Made by a program: the position numbers and the translations under genes. A stretch of DNA of 64,000 nucleotides. Origin: an uncultured cyanobacterium (lineage in GTDB: Bacteria; Cyanobacteriota; Cyanobacteriia; Cyanobacteriales; Nostocaceae). The notes beneath the pieces are model-generated. The model did no database searches. It was not told the origin of the DNA and worked only from the letters and a program-made list of their open reading frames with translations. This document shows, piece by piece, positions 29,211 to 40,132 of this stretch. The stretch covers positions 736,001-800,000 of the forward strand of contig CAVUDP010000004.1 in assembly GCA_963740315.1 (NCBI GenBank), in the 5' to 3' direction. The number at the start of each line of letters is the position of its first letter. Position 1 is the first letter of the stretch.

Positions 29211-31367
29211 TCAATTCCGATGAACTCCCGTCGAATACTCCTCCGGATGTATAACATCTGAATCTTCTTCAATATATGAAACTGGTTCTTCAAAATTTAA
29301 GTCAACATCGGCAGCGTTGATAACTGCTCCTAATAAACCCATATCAGATTCGACTAATTCATCAACGGCTTCACCCAATATATTTTCTTGGGTGTAATTT
29401 GGTCGAGTTACCATAATCATGCCATCGCTGTAAGGATGAATTAGTAAAGCATCGTTTGATAAACCTAAAGGCGTTGTATCTAAAATTACTAGATCGTAAC
29501 GTTCTCTGGCATCTTCCATTAACCGCCGTAATTCACTCGATTCTAATACTGCGGCTGATTGTCGTAAAGGTCCGGGACTCGGTACTATGTATAAATTTTC
29601 TACATCTGGAACCATGCGGATGCATTCGCTGCTGCCATAGTAGCGTAGGGGTTCAACGCCCGCATCGGGGTCAGGATTTATATTTAACGATTCACAACGA
29701 GATGGCGATCGCAAATCTGTCTCGATAATTAAGGTGCGTTTTCCGGCACGAGCGGAGGCTATGCCTAAGTTATAAGCGCTTGTGGTTTTACCCTCTCTAC
29801 TACCCGTACTAGTAATTAATACTACTTTTACTTTTTTACCGCCAACGCGACGCAGGTTAGAACGGAATTTTTCTAAAAACTCCATGTAAGGAGACTCGGC
29901 ACTAAGTACTACCGGAACGAGTAAATCGGTGTCTAAAACATGCATTATGGGCAATTCTGCAAGTACCAAAACTTCTCGCTGCTTGAGAGCATTGCGAATA
30001 TCTTCTTTTGTTTTGAAAGTACCTTCGAGAGAACCTAACAAGAAGATTACACCGCCACCAATTAATAGCCCTAAGAAACCACCGATACCTAAAGTTACGG
30101 GTACGCTTTGAGCGGATGATTTTACTTTCTCAACTGCTATTCCTTGCAAAGGAGCTAAAGTACTTACTGTTTCTGCTTCTGCGGTTCTAGCATCGGCTAA
30201 TTTTGCTTGCATCTGATCGTAGACAAGCTTTTTTAACCCTACCTGCTGCACTAAGCGCGATCGCTCTAATTGCTTGTTGGGTATGCCAGCGTATTCTCGC
30301 TGTAATCGGCTTTGTTCTTGCACTAAATCAATGAGTTGTCTTTGCAAAGTTTCTCGCTGAGTTTGTAAAGCTACTAATTGATTCGCAAGCTGCTGTCGTG
30401 CGGGGTCTAAATTACTTTTGGCGCGGACACCGGAAACACTAGGCAGAGGAGCAGTTGCACCCACACCACCAATTACTTCATTTGCCCGTTCTTGCAGTAG
30501 TTTTTCGTAAGCATCTTTTTGACGCTGCAACTGAATCATGTCCGGATAATCGGCACGCACGTCTTTTCTGAGAATCTCCATCTGGGATTCAACTTGATAA
30601 AGTTGGTTGCGTAAATTGGCAATAATTGGATCGGCGCTTAAAGCAGAAGAAGTATATGCTTGTTGAGCGCTCAAGCCTAACCTTCGTTGCAAACTACGAA
30701 TCTGGGCATCAATACCAGAAACAGTCAGTTTGATTTGCCTTTGTTGATTTTGACTACCCGTGATAGTTTGGAGCAAACTACCATTTTCAGCAGCTAAAAT
30801 TGCCGGACGTTCTATGCGATCGTATTGTTCGAGTTTCTTTTCAGCTTGTTCTAATTCAGTCGTAACTTTTGGTAATCTTTCCTGGATTTTGTCAATGATT
30901 GCCTGTAATCGCCCGCTATTAATATCACCGCTGAGCTTTATCATTTCTTGCATTAAGGCAACCATTGTTTGTTGCGCTCTTTTTTCTTCGGTGTCTTGAT
31001 ATTTAATACTAATAATACCAGCAGGCTGACCATCTTCGCCTACTTCAGGTACGCTAACATCAAGATTTTTATTAATCTTTTCTGGTTTTTCATTGACTTT
31101 TTCCGCAACAGCTTCAAGTACTATTTTTTGTTTTAAAAGGTCTTCCGACAGTGCCAAACCTTGTTGCTGAATTTCACTACCAGTTGCAGAAAAACTAACT
31201 GGTGGACGGGTATAACGTAAGGCTCCAGTGGCAATAAATTTAGCAGGTGGTTCTGGTTGTACGGCTAAGTAAGTTGACCCCGTAACAACTAAACCAAAAC
31301 TGGCTAATCCAATCCATTTGTATTTATCGAAAGCAATTAGATAGCGCTTAACAATTGGTGGAGTCAT
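29211..31367 (-). CDS. Polysaccharide co-polymerase / BY-kinase (Wzc/GumC-like)
   Basis: Two TM segments around a periplasmic coiled coil; Walker A STGSREGKTT, IETDLR, ILDTTP. Confidence 0.88.
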   Translation of the reverse strand: MTPPIVKRYLIAFDKYKWIGLASFGLVVTGSTYLAVQPEPPAKFIATGALRYTRPPVSFSATGSEIQQQGLALSEDLLKQKIVLEAVAEKVNEKPEKINKNLDVSVPEVGEDGQPAGIISIKYQDTEEKRAQQTMVALMQEMIKLSGDINSGRLQAIIDKIQERLPKVTTELEQAEKKLEQYDRIERPAILAAENGSLLQTITGSQNQQRQIKLTVSGIDAQIRSLQRRLGLSAQQAYTSSALSADPIIANLRNQLYQVESQMEILRKDVRADYPDMIQLQRQKDAYEKLLQERANEVIGGVGATAPLPSVSGVRAKSNLDPARQQLANQLVALQTQRETLQRQLIDLVQEQSRLQREYAGIPNKQLERSRLVQQVGLKKLVYDQMQAKLADARTAEAETVSTLAPLQGIAVEKVKSSAQSVPVTLGIGGFLGLLIGGGVIFLLGSLEGTFKTKEDIRNALKQREVLVLAELPIMHVLDTDLLVPVVLSAESPYMEFLEKFRSNLRRVGGKKVKVVLITSTGSREGKTTSAYNLGIASARAGKRTLIIETDLRSPSRCESLNINPDPDAGVEPLRYYGSSECIRMVPDVENLYIVPSPGPLRQSAAVLESSELRRLMEDARERYDLVILDTTPLGLSNDALLIHPYSDGMIMVTRPNYTQENILGEAVDELVESDMGLLGAVINAADVDLNFEEPVSYIEEDSDVIHPEEYSTGVHRN

Positions 31368-31430
31368 GGCAGTACATACAAACAGAATTGGTGGCGGACA
31401 TAGGTTATATGAGTTAATTTATATTGATAT

Positions 31431-32798
31431 CTAAAAAGTGAAGGCTTCAAAAAAGCGAATAAAAGACTGAACATCAAGGAAAGGTCTAGCAACATTTGAA
31501 AGAACGTTGGTAATTTTACCAATTAGATTTCGACCAACAACAATAACATCGTTGTCTTGCAACGGCACGTTTTGAGAAGCATCTCCTCTAAATACCTTTC
31601 TCGCATTTAGTTTCTGAGCAACTGCTCTACCTTGTTCCGGGTCATAGCGTACTAAGGCAATGTCCTTTAGATCCGAGCGATCGATGCTCACACTTCCCAA
31701 AGCATCAATAAAATTACTGCCGTTAGGTAAATTTTGGGTAATTATTCCCCCAGAAGCGTAATTTAATACACGAACTCTAATTAGTGGCTGCGCTAAAGAA
31801 GAACGCGCTACTACGTTGCGATCGTAACCGTCATCGATCGCAACTTCACGGCGCGGAATGATGATTGAATCGCCGTCTTGCAAACGTAATGACGGAAAGC
31901 TACTGCCATTCAATAAGGGAGTGTAGAAGTCAATATTTTGCGTGACTACCGAACCATCTATCAGCTTGCGACGTACTTGGATTTGTCGTAAATCCGCCGT
32001 TTGAGTTGAACCTCCGGCTGTCCGCAAAACATCAAGAACGTTGGGTAATGAAGGATTAACTGGATAGACTCCCGGTCTGGTGATTTCTCCAGCTAGATTT
32101 ACTTGAATGGGTCTTGGCGATAACAGCGAAATGGTGACAACAGGGTCTACTTGAGTGCGCTGTAAACCCAAACGAATCTTTTCTTGTGCTTCTTCTAAAG
32201 TTAAACCTTTGACCGAAATTTTTCCCAGTCGCGGTATTGCTACGTTACCTTCTGCATCTACTCGCGTCTGAAAATTTAAAGGAGGACGTTGTGCAGCTAA
32301 TGCGACAGTAACGCTTGGTTCGACTACAAAACGATTCAAGCCAGCACGAATTTTTGCTTGGGCTTGTTCTACGGTCAAACCTTGGAGGGATACAGTTCCG
32401 ACTAAAGGCACTACAACATTACCCTCTCGATTAATCGATGCTTGAAAGCTCAAATTGGGGAAACGCTGCACTATTACAGTAATTCCATCTCCCGGTCCCA
32501 AACGATAGCGACCTTCGGGTGGTTCCACAAATATAGCGATAACATCATCCGTTCCCAAAAAATATCTAGTAAATTGAGGTGAAATCTCTCCATCGTCGTT
32601 TGAGGGAGAAGGAGCTAAAAACTCCGAGTCGGTTGGAGGCGCGGGAAGCGGTCCTACGGGGTCTTTTTGTTGAGGTAGTTCTTGAGGGCTTTGAGCAAAA
32701 ACTGGTTGGGAAACTGCTGCTAAAAAAAGACTTACTTGAAGACTGGCAGCACAAAAGGCGTTGAATGCACGCATATGACGTAATCGAGTTCTAAACAT
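31431..32798 (-). CDS. Polysaccharide export protein (Wza/OPX-like, SLBB domains)
   Basis: YRLGPGD Poly_export motif, GEITRPGVY SLBB, LQDGD/LQDND. Confidence 0.88.
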   Translation of the reverse strand: MFRTRLRHMRAFNAFCAASLQVSLFLAAVSQPVFAQSPQELPQQKDPVGPLPAPPTDSEFLAPSPSNDDGEISPQFTRYFLGTDDVIAIFVEPPEGRYRLGPGDGITVIVQRFPNLSFQASINREGNVVVPLVGTVSLQGLTVEQAQAKIRAGLNRFVVEPSVTVALAAQRPPLNFQTRVDAEGNVAIPRLGKISVKGLTLEEAQEKIRLGLQRTQVDPVVTISLLSPRPIQVNLAGEITRPGVYPVNPSLPNVLDVLRTAGGSTQTADLRQIQVRRKLIDGSVVTQNIDFYTPLLNGSSFPSLRLQDGDSIIIPRREVAIDDGYDRNVVARSSLAQPLIRVRVLNYASGGIITQNLPNGSNFIDALGSVSIDRSDLKDIALVRYDPEQGRAVAQKLNARKVFRGDASQNVPLQDNDVIVVGRNLIGKITNVLSNVARPFLDVQSFIRFFEAFTF

Positions 32799-32916
32799 CT
32801 GTGCTTTTAAGCTGAAGGCTTAAGTGGGCGAAACATTTATTTTAATAAAATACTTAAACTATCTATTTTCTATATTTATTTTTTATACACAGCCTTGATC
32901 CCCACTCGCGATACTA

Positions 32917-33630
32917 TTAAGAATTGAAATTAAATAATGTAGTTTGCACGCTTTGACCAATAGACTTTACTTGTTGCCAGGTTGTTTCTACTTTCCCAAA
33001 AGGTTCCATTGGAATCAATAAACTAACAGCAATCCACGGAACGCGCTGGTTGTGCCACTGTGCTAATTGGTCTGCCCAGAACCAGTTTAAAGGCGAAAAA
33101 TGTCCTTGATTAGGCATGGCGTACCATTGCAAAACAGCAAAGGTTTGATTCTTGCTAGATGCGCGAAAAAATCTCGCTTCTACTTTAGTTTCGTCTTTAA
33201 ATTGTGGCTGTTTAACCGTAAATTGTGCTTGCCGATATTGAGCAACTTGCCACTCTCCCCACTGCATTCTTCCCCAGCTATTAATTTCCGTCCATTCAAC
33301 TTGGGGTTGGGTTTTGGGACCGTTTTGCGGTAACAACAATAATATAGCTGTTTGGCTTAAATCCTCCTTTTCCATAACTTGCAAAGACCATTTACCAGAG
33401 CCTAGTTGTTGTTCCTGTTGTTGAGTAATTTTCCAACCGGGTAATGTTAAACCCGTTTTACGCAACTGCTTTATCTCCCCAAGATTGGTAATAGGTGGTG
33501 GTTCTTTCCATTGCCAATTGCCTTTAAGGTATCCCGGTAATGCCCCTATCGCCAGTAGCAGCACTAATAAACATAGTGCTGCTATCTGTAAAAACTGACG
33601 TTCCTTGAAAAATCGGGAAAGGGAAATCAT
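32917..33630 (-). CDS. Cyanoexosortase B system-associated protein
   Basis: N-terminal TM, PGYL.G.W.W, QPQVEW; directly downstream of the exosortase gene. Confidence 0.8.
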   Translation of the reverse strand: MISLSRFFKERQFLQIAALCLLVLLLAIGALPGYLKGNWQWKEPPPITNLGEIKQLRKTGLTLPGWKITQQQEQQLGSGKWSLQVMEKEDLSQTAILLLLPQNGPKTQPQVEWTEINSWGRMQWGEWQVAQYRQAQFTVKQPQFKDETKVEARFFRASSKNQTFAVLQWYAMPNQGHFSPLNWFWADQLAQWHNQRVPWIAVSLLIPMEPFGKVETTWQQVKSIGQSVQTTLFNFNS

Positions 33631-33739
33631 TAGTAAAGTATTAACTACAAAAGACAAAATTGTACTTTTTATACCGTCATTTTGAGTTCAGTAATTTCAA
33701 CAGTCCTATATTTATTATGAACTATTGAAAACGGGGAAT

Positions 33740-34636
33740 CTACTGAACTTCACCCTCTGGGTTTATTTCCGCATCTTCTGAAAAATAATTATCAATCCAG
33801 TTGATCGCGGGTATTAATACTAGTAACATACAAGCAGAATAAAGATCCCCACCCCAACTATCGTGCAACCAGTGAAAAGCCCCATCTTGTCCGGTAGCAT
33901 GAAAGAAAGTAAGTAAAGTATTACGAATTATATTTGCAGTAACGCTGATAATCGCTGCTATTGATAGAAACCAAATACTTTTGCGTCGGGAAGATAAAGT
34001 ATCCGTCCAATAAAGTAATATCAAACCGACATACATAGTAGTAAACAGCATTTTTAAGCCCGCACAATAAGGTGCAACCTCTACAATGCGTCCATTAGCG
34101 TATATATTAATTCCATCTACAACTACGGGCAGATTAAACTGATTGAGGATAAAGCCAGCAGTTCCGGCAATAAAGCCTTGCAAGGGTAAAGTAAAAGGTG
34201 CAATTAAGTATGGTGCTGAGTTAGGAGTTGCTAGCAGAATCAATAGTAAAGGGAAGCCCTGTAATTTAAAACCGGACATTCCTTTTAACCACAAACATAA
34301 TCCAGCCAATATTGCGGGGAAAGAAAGGTTTACCCATTCACCAACACCGCTAAGATAAAAGACTCCTCCTAGTGCCAACAATACGGCACCCAAAACATGG
34401 GTTTTATCCGGTAATCTTTTCCATTGTTTACGATTCATCCAAACCAAATAAGCCGCAAATGGGAAACCGATCATCCCGTGGCTAAAATATTCGTGTTCCG
34501 TACTAATATTTTTATTGATCCAGCCGTCGTACCAAAAAAGTACTAAGGGAGCGTAAATCAGTACTAATACACCTAATATGGCGAAATTAAATAATTGTGG
34601 TGGAATCGAACGTCTTGCTTGATGCTGAGTTAACAT
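33740..34636 (-). CDS. Cyanoexosortase B
   Basis: Multi-TM; HEYFSHG, VEVAPYCAG (catalytic Cys), ANIIRN (Arg), WLHD (His). Confidence 0.88.
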   Translation of the reverse strand: MLTQHQARRSIPPQLFNFAILGVLVLIYAPLVLFWYDGWINKNISTEHEYFSHGMIGFPFAAYLVWMNRKQWKRLPDKTHVLGAVLLALGGVFYLSGVGEWVNLSFPAILAGLCLWLKGMSGFKLQGFPLLLILLATPNSAPYLIAPFTLPLQGFIAGTAGFILNQFNLPVVVDGINIYANGRIVEVAPYCAGLKMLFTTMYVGLILLYWTDTLSSRRKSIWFLSIAAIISVTANIIRNTLLTFFHATGQDGAFHWLHDSWGGDLYSACMLLVLIPAINWIDNYFSEDAEINPEGEVQ

Positions 34637-34845
34637 AATTTCAATTAATTAGTTAATTAAACTTATAAAACAATATTAAAGAGTGCCAACAGTCAATATT
34701 TAAATTGACGATGATGATTATAAACTTACATAAATCAGAAACCGTCTTGCACAAAGGATAAATATTTTTATGTGCTTGATATTTTTTTCTCATTATTTTT
34801 ATACTATTGACTGCTGACTGCTCGCTAACTAATAACCTAACATTC

Positions 34846-36009
34846 TTAAATATGCAGCAACTTCTCTTGAGGTTCGCTAACTATTGATGCAATAACTGCT
34901 ACCACTTCTTTTACCTGGCTGCTAGTCAAACCGGGATACATGGGTAAAGATAATATCTGTTTTGCTAGCGTTTCAGAATGAGGAAAGTCCCCCATCTTAT
35001 AACCTAAATTGCTAAAAGCAGGCTGGAGATGACAGGGAATCGGATAGTGAATTCCTGTTTGAATTCCTCTATTTCTAAGTTTTTCTTGAATTTGTTCTCT
35101 CTGTAAAGGACATTCGGCGCTGACTTTAATTACATAAAGGTGATAAACGTGTCCGTCACCACTTTGATTTTGCATGGGAGTAATTCCCAGGGATTTCAAG
35201 GGTGCTAGTTCGCGATCGTACTGCTGAGCTATTTCCAAACGATTGGCATTCCATCCTTCTAGATGGGGTAACTTTTGATGCAGTACTGCTGCTTGTAAAG
35301 TATCCAAACGGCTATTTGTACCCGATTCTACGTGAAAATATTTTTTAGATGCACCATAATTCCGCAATCGCACCATTTTTTGGGCAACTTCCTTGTCTTG
35401 CGTAACTAAGATTCCACCATCACCAAATGCACCCAAGTTCTTACTAGGATAAAAGCTATAAGCTGCTGCTGTTCCTACAGAACCCGCTCGATACCCATCT
35501 CTGTGGGCTAAATGCGCCTGTGCTGCATCTTCAAAAACTAGTAGATTATGTGTTTGAGCAAAATCTAATAGTTCTTTAGGAGACACCATCTGACCGTACA
35601 AATGCACCGGAACGATCGCTTTAGTTTTCGATGTAATGGCATTTTTTGCTGCCCCCAAATCTATTAAAGCAGTATTTGGGTCGCAATCGACAAAAATTGG
35701 TTTTGCACCCGCACGCAAAACTCCAATTAAGGTTGCTACAAATGTATTTGCAGGCAAAAGCACTTCATCTTTGTCACCTATATTACAAGCTTGCAAACCA
35801 AGAGCGATCGCATCGGTTCCACAAGCAACACCAATTCCATATTCTGCACCGCAAAGCAAAGCAAATTCTGCTTCAAAATCACTCAGCGCTTTACCTAATA
35901 TAAAATCTCCTCGTTCTAATACATCTTCAATTGCTTGCCTGATTTGTTTTTGAATTGGTTGGTGCTGCCATTTTAGGTCTACAAAGGGAATTCTTACATC
36001 ATTACTCAT
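34846..36009 (-). CDS. DegT/DnrJ/EryC1/StrS sugar aminotransferase
   Basis: PVHLYGQ, EDAAQAH, SFYPSKNLGAFGDGG. Confidence 0.95.
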   Translation of the reverse strand: MSNDVRIPFVDLKWQHQPIQKQIRQAIEDVLERGDFILGKALSDFEAEFALLCGAEYGIGVACGTDAIALGLQACNIGDKDEVLLPANTFVATLIGVLRAGAKPIFVDCDPNTALIDLGAAKNAITSKTKAIVPVHLYGQMVSPKELLDFAQTHNLLVFEDAAQAHLAHRDGYRAGSVGTAAAYSFYPSKNLGAFGDGGILVTQDKEVAQKMVRLRNYGASKKYFHVESGTNSRLDTLQAAVLHQKLPHLEGWNANRLEIAQQYDRELAPLKSLGITPMQNQSGDGHVYHLYVIKVSAECPLQREQIQEKLRNRGIQTGIHYPIPCHLQPAFSNLGYKMGDFPHSETLAKQILSLPMYPGLTSSQVKEVVAVIASIVSEPQEKLLHI

Positions 36010-36820
36010 TTAGTCCGCAGCCTCTTTTAATAAAAATGATTTTTTTTACACTTGTCTTATCTATTTATGACTAAATACTTAGAAATCAGCAAAGAAAAAG
36101 TATGAAGGTTCTGTAAATTTTATATTAAATTTAATTCTATCTTGAGTTACCTTCGACAACTTATTAATGTTTTGCTATTTTTTATCTAAGTTTGTCTTAT
36201 TTTTCTGTTAAATATTTGTACGATCGTTTTCTCCTCAAACAGTTAATTAATCGATCGTATATAAGCTTTATTTAATTCATCGATTTGCGATTGAATAATA
36301 ATGCTAAATGTTATACAAATATTTTAAATCTGTATTTTTTGACCTAATTATCATCAAATACTTCAACTTATATGCTCAAAATTGAAACATAAAAAATAAC
36401 TTAAAAGAGTTATTTCTGTATCGATCTAATTATTATTCATCGTTTTTTTTGAAGCTAATGACAACAGTGAATTTACCATAAAAAAATAAGATTATGAGAA
36501 ACTTCAGTAGACTCACGGGAATTATTTGATATCTATAAAATAATATGCAGACCTGTTTTTTTCTATCCGATTATTTAAATAGATGAAATTTGAAAGCAAG
36601 CACCATTTCACCTAAAAATAATCAAGAAGAACAGATATAACTGGTAAATAAGCATCGGCGCAGTAGTCGGAAAACTAGTAAAACTTCCCACTTAAGAAAA
36701 AAAATTTACCAATCTTGTTTGTCTGAGGTGAATTTGGGGAATGCTTAAGAATAGTAAAGACTCAGCAAACAACGGTTAGATGAAATACAGTTTCCAAGAA
36801 ATATCAAGGTAGCAGTGGTA

Positions 36821-38347
36821 ATGGTAGAGCCATCAAACAAAACGTTTGCCCCAAATGGTTGGGCAACACCTGAAAATCAAGAACAGCAACGCCTTCAAGC
36901 TTTATTACAGCTAGGTTTGCGGCAGCCAGAAACAATCCCGGTTTTTGAAGAAGCCACTCAAACTGCTGCTCACTTCCTCGAAGCACCGATTTCAATTTTG
37001 GGATTTGTGGATAACGAGCGGCATTGGTTTAAGTCAGCAGTGGGTTTGTCTCGATTGGGACTAATGAATCAATTAGCACAAACCCGTCAACTCTCACGCC
37101 AAGAATCTTTCTGTACCCAGGTAGTGGAAAGTTCGCAGATGGTAGTGATTAACGATACTCGTAAGCTGGAAAAAGCAGAACTTGTTAGCGGTAAGCTGGT
37201 ACAAGATTACGGGATTCGCGCTTATTTGGGAGTGCCACTGATTGACGCAGAAGGACATTGCTTAGGCGCATTAGCAGTAATGGACTTAGTACCGCGCAAT
37301 TTCACAACTAGGGATATCGAGTTTTTACAAATCATTGCTCGTTGGAGCATGAGTGAATTTGAACGCAATCGCTTAATGCAAGCGTCTCCAGTCAGAAGTG
37401 TTTCTTCTAGCGATCGCAACTTAGAATCCGAAACTCCCTCGGAAATCAAAATCAGTGCGCCTACTTTTCAAGACTCGGTTTTTACCAGTCAATTGAAATT
37501 GCAGCTTTTAGGACAGTTAACTCAGGAATTACGCACTCCTTTAACATCAGTGTTGGGTATGGCTAGTGTTTTAGGACGAGAAATTTACGGTCCTTTGACA
37601 ACTAAGCAAAGAGAATATCTCGAAATTATTCAACATAGCGGTAGATATTTGCTTTCTTTAGTCAACGAGATTTCTGAGTTAGGAGCAATGGATGATACAA
37701 ATACCGAACTAAATCTGGCTCCTGTAGATATTGAAATGCTTTGCCAGCAAGCTATCAATACTTTAGAAGAAGCAGCAGCCCGCCGCGAGCAAGATATTCG
37801 TCTATCTATAGAACCCGGACGAAATCGTATTTTGCCATTGGATAAAGACAAAGTGCGGCAAATTCTGTATCACCTAATTTTCAGCGTGATTCAACTTTCT
37901 GCGACTGGTAGCGTTGTCAGGATTCATGTTTCTTATAAAGATGATGCGCTAAACCTGACAATTTGGGTTTCTCATCCTTGGTTGGGAGAAGGAATAACCG
38001 AAGTAGATCCTTATTTCAGGCTTTCTCAAGTATCTTCGATGGAACTCGCATCCGATATAACTTCAGCCTTCAATACTCACAACCAAAGCCAAGACACGCT
38101 AACTAGTATGTCTTCGATAAACGGTATGCACACAGAGAATGTTTCTGCAAGTAAAACTGCTGTTGATTCATCCCAAGCACAATCTGGTGGCGTATCTCGC
38201 GAAACCTTGGGTTTATTGCTTAGCTGTCAATTAGCAGAGCTACACGGAGGAGAAATCGCAATTCAAGGCTCAAAAGAATCAGGATATCGGTACGTGCTTT
38301 CTTTGCCGATACAAGGTAATAATGAAGCGATCGCAGAATCTATATAA
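36821..38347 (+). CDS. GAF-domain histidine-kinase-like protein with degenerate catalytic motifs
   Basis: GAF (SFCT, IRAYLGVPL); H-box reads QELRTPL; N and G boxes degenerate. Confidence 0.85.
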   Translation: MVEPSNKTFAPNGWATPENQEQQRLQALLQLGLRQPETIPVFEEATQTAAHFLEAPISILGFVDNERHWFKSAVGLSRLGLMNQLAQTRQLSRQESFCTQVVESSQMVVINDTRKLEKAELVSGKLVQDYGIRAYLGVPLIDAEGHCLGALAVMDLVPRNFTTRDIEFLQIIARWSMSEFERNRLMQASPVRSVSSSDRNLESETPSEIKISAPTFQDSVFTSQLKLQLLGQLTQELRTPLTSVLGMASVLGREIYGPLTTKQREYLEIIQHSGRYLLSLVNEISELGAMDDTNTELNLAPVDIEMLCQQAINTLEEAAARREQDIRLSIEPGRNRILPLDKDKVRQILYHLIFSVIQLSATGSVVRIHVSYKDDALNLTIWVSHPWLGEGITEVDPYFRLSQVSSMELASDITSAFNTHNQSQDTLTSMSSINGMHTENVSASKTAVDSSQAQSGGVSRETLGLLLSCQLAELHGGEIAIQGSKESGYRYVLSLPIQGNNEAIAESI

Positions 38348-38615
38348 TCTATATGATGAGTATTTGTTATCCCAACAATCTCCGTCTTAGCAACTAAAGC
38401 GAAAATTTTCTGATTATAGGTAATTTGTAATGATTGATGGGTAAGCGGTAATAGTTAAATATAAAACTATTACCCCATCAGCAATATTGTGCAATAAGAC
38501 AGATTGATTACCAATTTTCTCAAATGCAGTCTATATTGTTACCTTTTTTGGACTAACCACATTATTATTAGTCCAGGTTTTTCGCTCAATGCTAATTGAC
38601 TAAGGCTCTAGTTGT

Positions 38616-40043
38616 ATGGATTTCTTTTGGCAACAATTAACTTTATCTTCCTTTCCCATCAAGCAGTATATTACTACTAGCTACCTACATCGCTTTGTAG
38701 TTGGGCTTTTAAGCTCTTGGCGCTCTACTAGTATTTTACTTCGGTGGGGCGACGCGATCGCAGTTGCACTATTGAGTCTTGTATATATTCTGGCTCCTTT
38801 CGTTTCCAACGGATTGGTGGGTTTATTACTTGTAGCTTGTGTCGGATTCTGGTTGCTGCTAACTGCTTCCGATGAACCAGCACCTTCTAATGCTACAGGA
38901 GTTACACCAATACATTTGCTGGTTTTCCTCTACTGGGGAATCGCGACTGTAGCAACATCGCTATCACCAGTCAAAAAAGCAGCATTTACAGGTTGGACAA
39001 AGCTAACTTTATACTTATTGCTGTTTGCTCTTTGCGCTAGATTACTAAAATCTTCTCGCATTCGTGCTTGGCTAATTGCCGTTTATCTACATATATCTTT
39101 AATTGTGAGCGTCAACGGATTACGGCAGGCGTACTTCGGTGCTAAGGCGCTGGCGACTTGGGTAGATCCTGAATCACCTTTGTCCAAAACCACCAGGGTA
39201 TATAGTTATTTAGGTAATCCGAACTTACTTGCTGGATATCTTCTTCCTGCCGTAATTTTAAGTTTTATCGCAATTTTTGCATGGCGTAGCAGGTTTACAA
39301 AAGCTTTAGCACTCACCATGTTTATTGTCAATGGTGCTTGTTTGGTTCTTACCTATAGTCGTGGTGGTTGGATTGGTTTAGTAGTATCGTTTTTAGTACT
39401 TTTAGTATTATTGTTGTATTGGTGGAGTATCGATATGCCTCCCTTCTGGCGTACTTGGTCGCTACCAATTCTTTTAGGAAGTTTGGCAATAGTATTTCTT
39501 CTAGCAGTATTATTTGTTGCACCCGTGCGCGAAAGGGTTTTAAGCATTTTTGCCGGTAGAGGTGACAGCAGCAATAATTTCCGAATCAATGTTTGGATGG
39601 CTGTTATTGAAATGATTAAAGATCGTCCGGTAATTGGTATTGGTCCGGGTAATAGCGCATTCAATAAAGTTTATCCTCTTTATCAACGTCCTAATTTTAC
39701 AGCTTTAAGTGCTTATTCAGTTTTTCTAGAAATCGCAGTCGAAACTGGTTTAATCGGTTTTGTTTGTTTTCTATGGCTGCTAATTGTCACATTTAATTCT
39801 GGTTTAGTGCAGTTACGACGTTTGAGACTGCAACGAAATATACAAGGTTTGTGGTTAATTGCAGGAATTGCGGCTTTAGCAGGTATGCTTGGTCATGGTG
39901 TTGTTGATACTGTATGGTATCGTCCTCAGATAAATACTTTATGGTGGTTTATGGTTGGTTTGGTTGCTAGTTACTGGAAAACATTACCATCACCTCAAAT
40001 AAATCCGATAAATTCAACTTCTCCTCAACCAACGGCGAATTAA
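38616..40043 (+). CDS. ictB: IctB family membrane protein (O-antigen-ligase-like)
   Basis: RVYSYLGNPNLLAGY, TYSRGGW, DSSNNFRINVW, GIGPGN. Confidence 0.9.
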   Translation: MDFFWQQLTLSSFPIKQYITTSYLHRFVVGLLSSWRSTSILLRWGDAIAVALLSLVYILAPFVSNGLVGLLLVACVGFWLLLTASDEPAPSNATGVTPIHLLVFLYWGIATVATSLSPVKKAAFTGWTKLTLYLLLFALCARLLKSSRIRAWLIAVYLHISLIVSVNGLRQAYFGAKALATWVDPESPLSKTTRVYSYLGNPNLLAGYLLPAVILSFIAIFAWRSRFTKALALTMFIVNGACLVLTYSRGGWIGLVVSFLVLLVLLLYWWSIDMPPFWRTWSLPILLGSLAIVFLLAVLFVAPVRERVLSIFAGRGDSSNNFRINVWMAVIEMIKDRPVIGIGPGNSAFNKVYPLYQRPNFTALSAYSVFLEIAVETGLIGFVCFLWLLIVTFNSGLVQLRRLRLQRNIQGLWLIAGIAALAGMLGHGVVDTVWYRPQINTLWWFMVGLVASYWKTLPSPQINPINSTSPQPTAN

Positions 40044-40101
40044 TAAGATTTCGATTAATAACAGACGTACAATAACATACGTAAAACAATATACCCAAAA
40101 C

Positions 40102-40128
40102 TAGAGACGTAGAATTTTACGTCTCTAC
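40102..40128. repeat. GTAG-type REP-like palindrome
   Basis: tagagacgta-gaattt-tacgtctctac; same family as 18877-18904; between convergent genes. Confidence 0.75.
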
Positions 40129-40132
40129 ATTA

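Noticed and set aside
38616..40043. ictB as a bicarbonate transporter
   Set aside because: That is a historical annotation; the motifs are O-antigen-ligase/polymerase-like, so no transport function is claimed.
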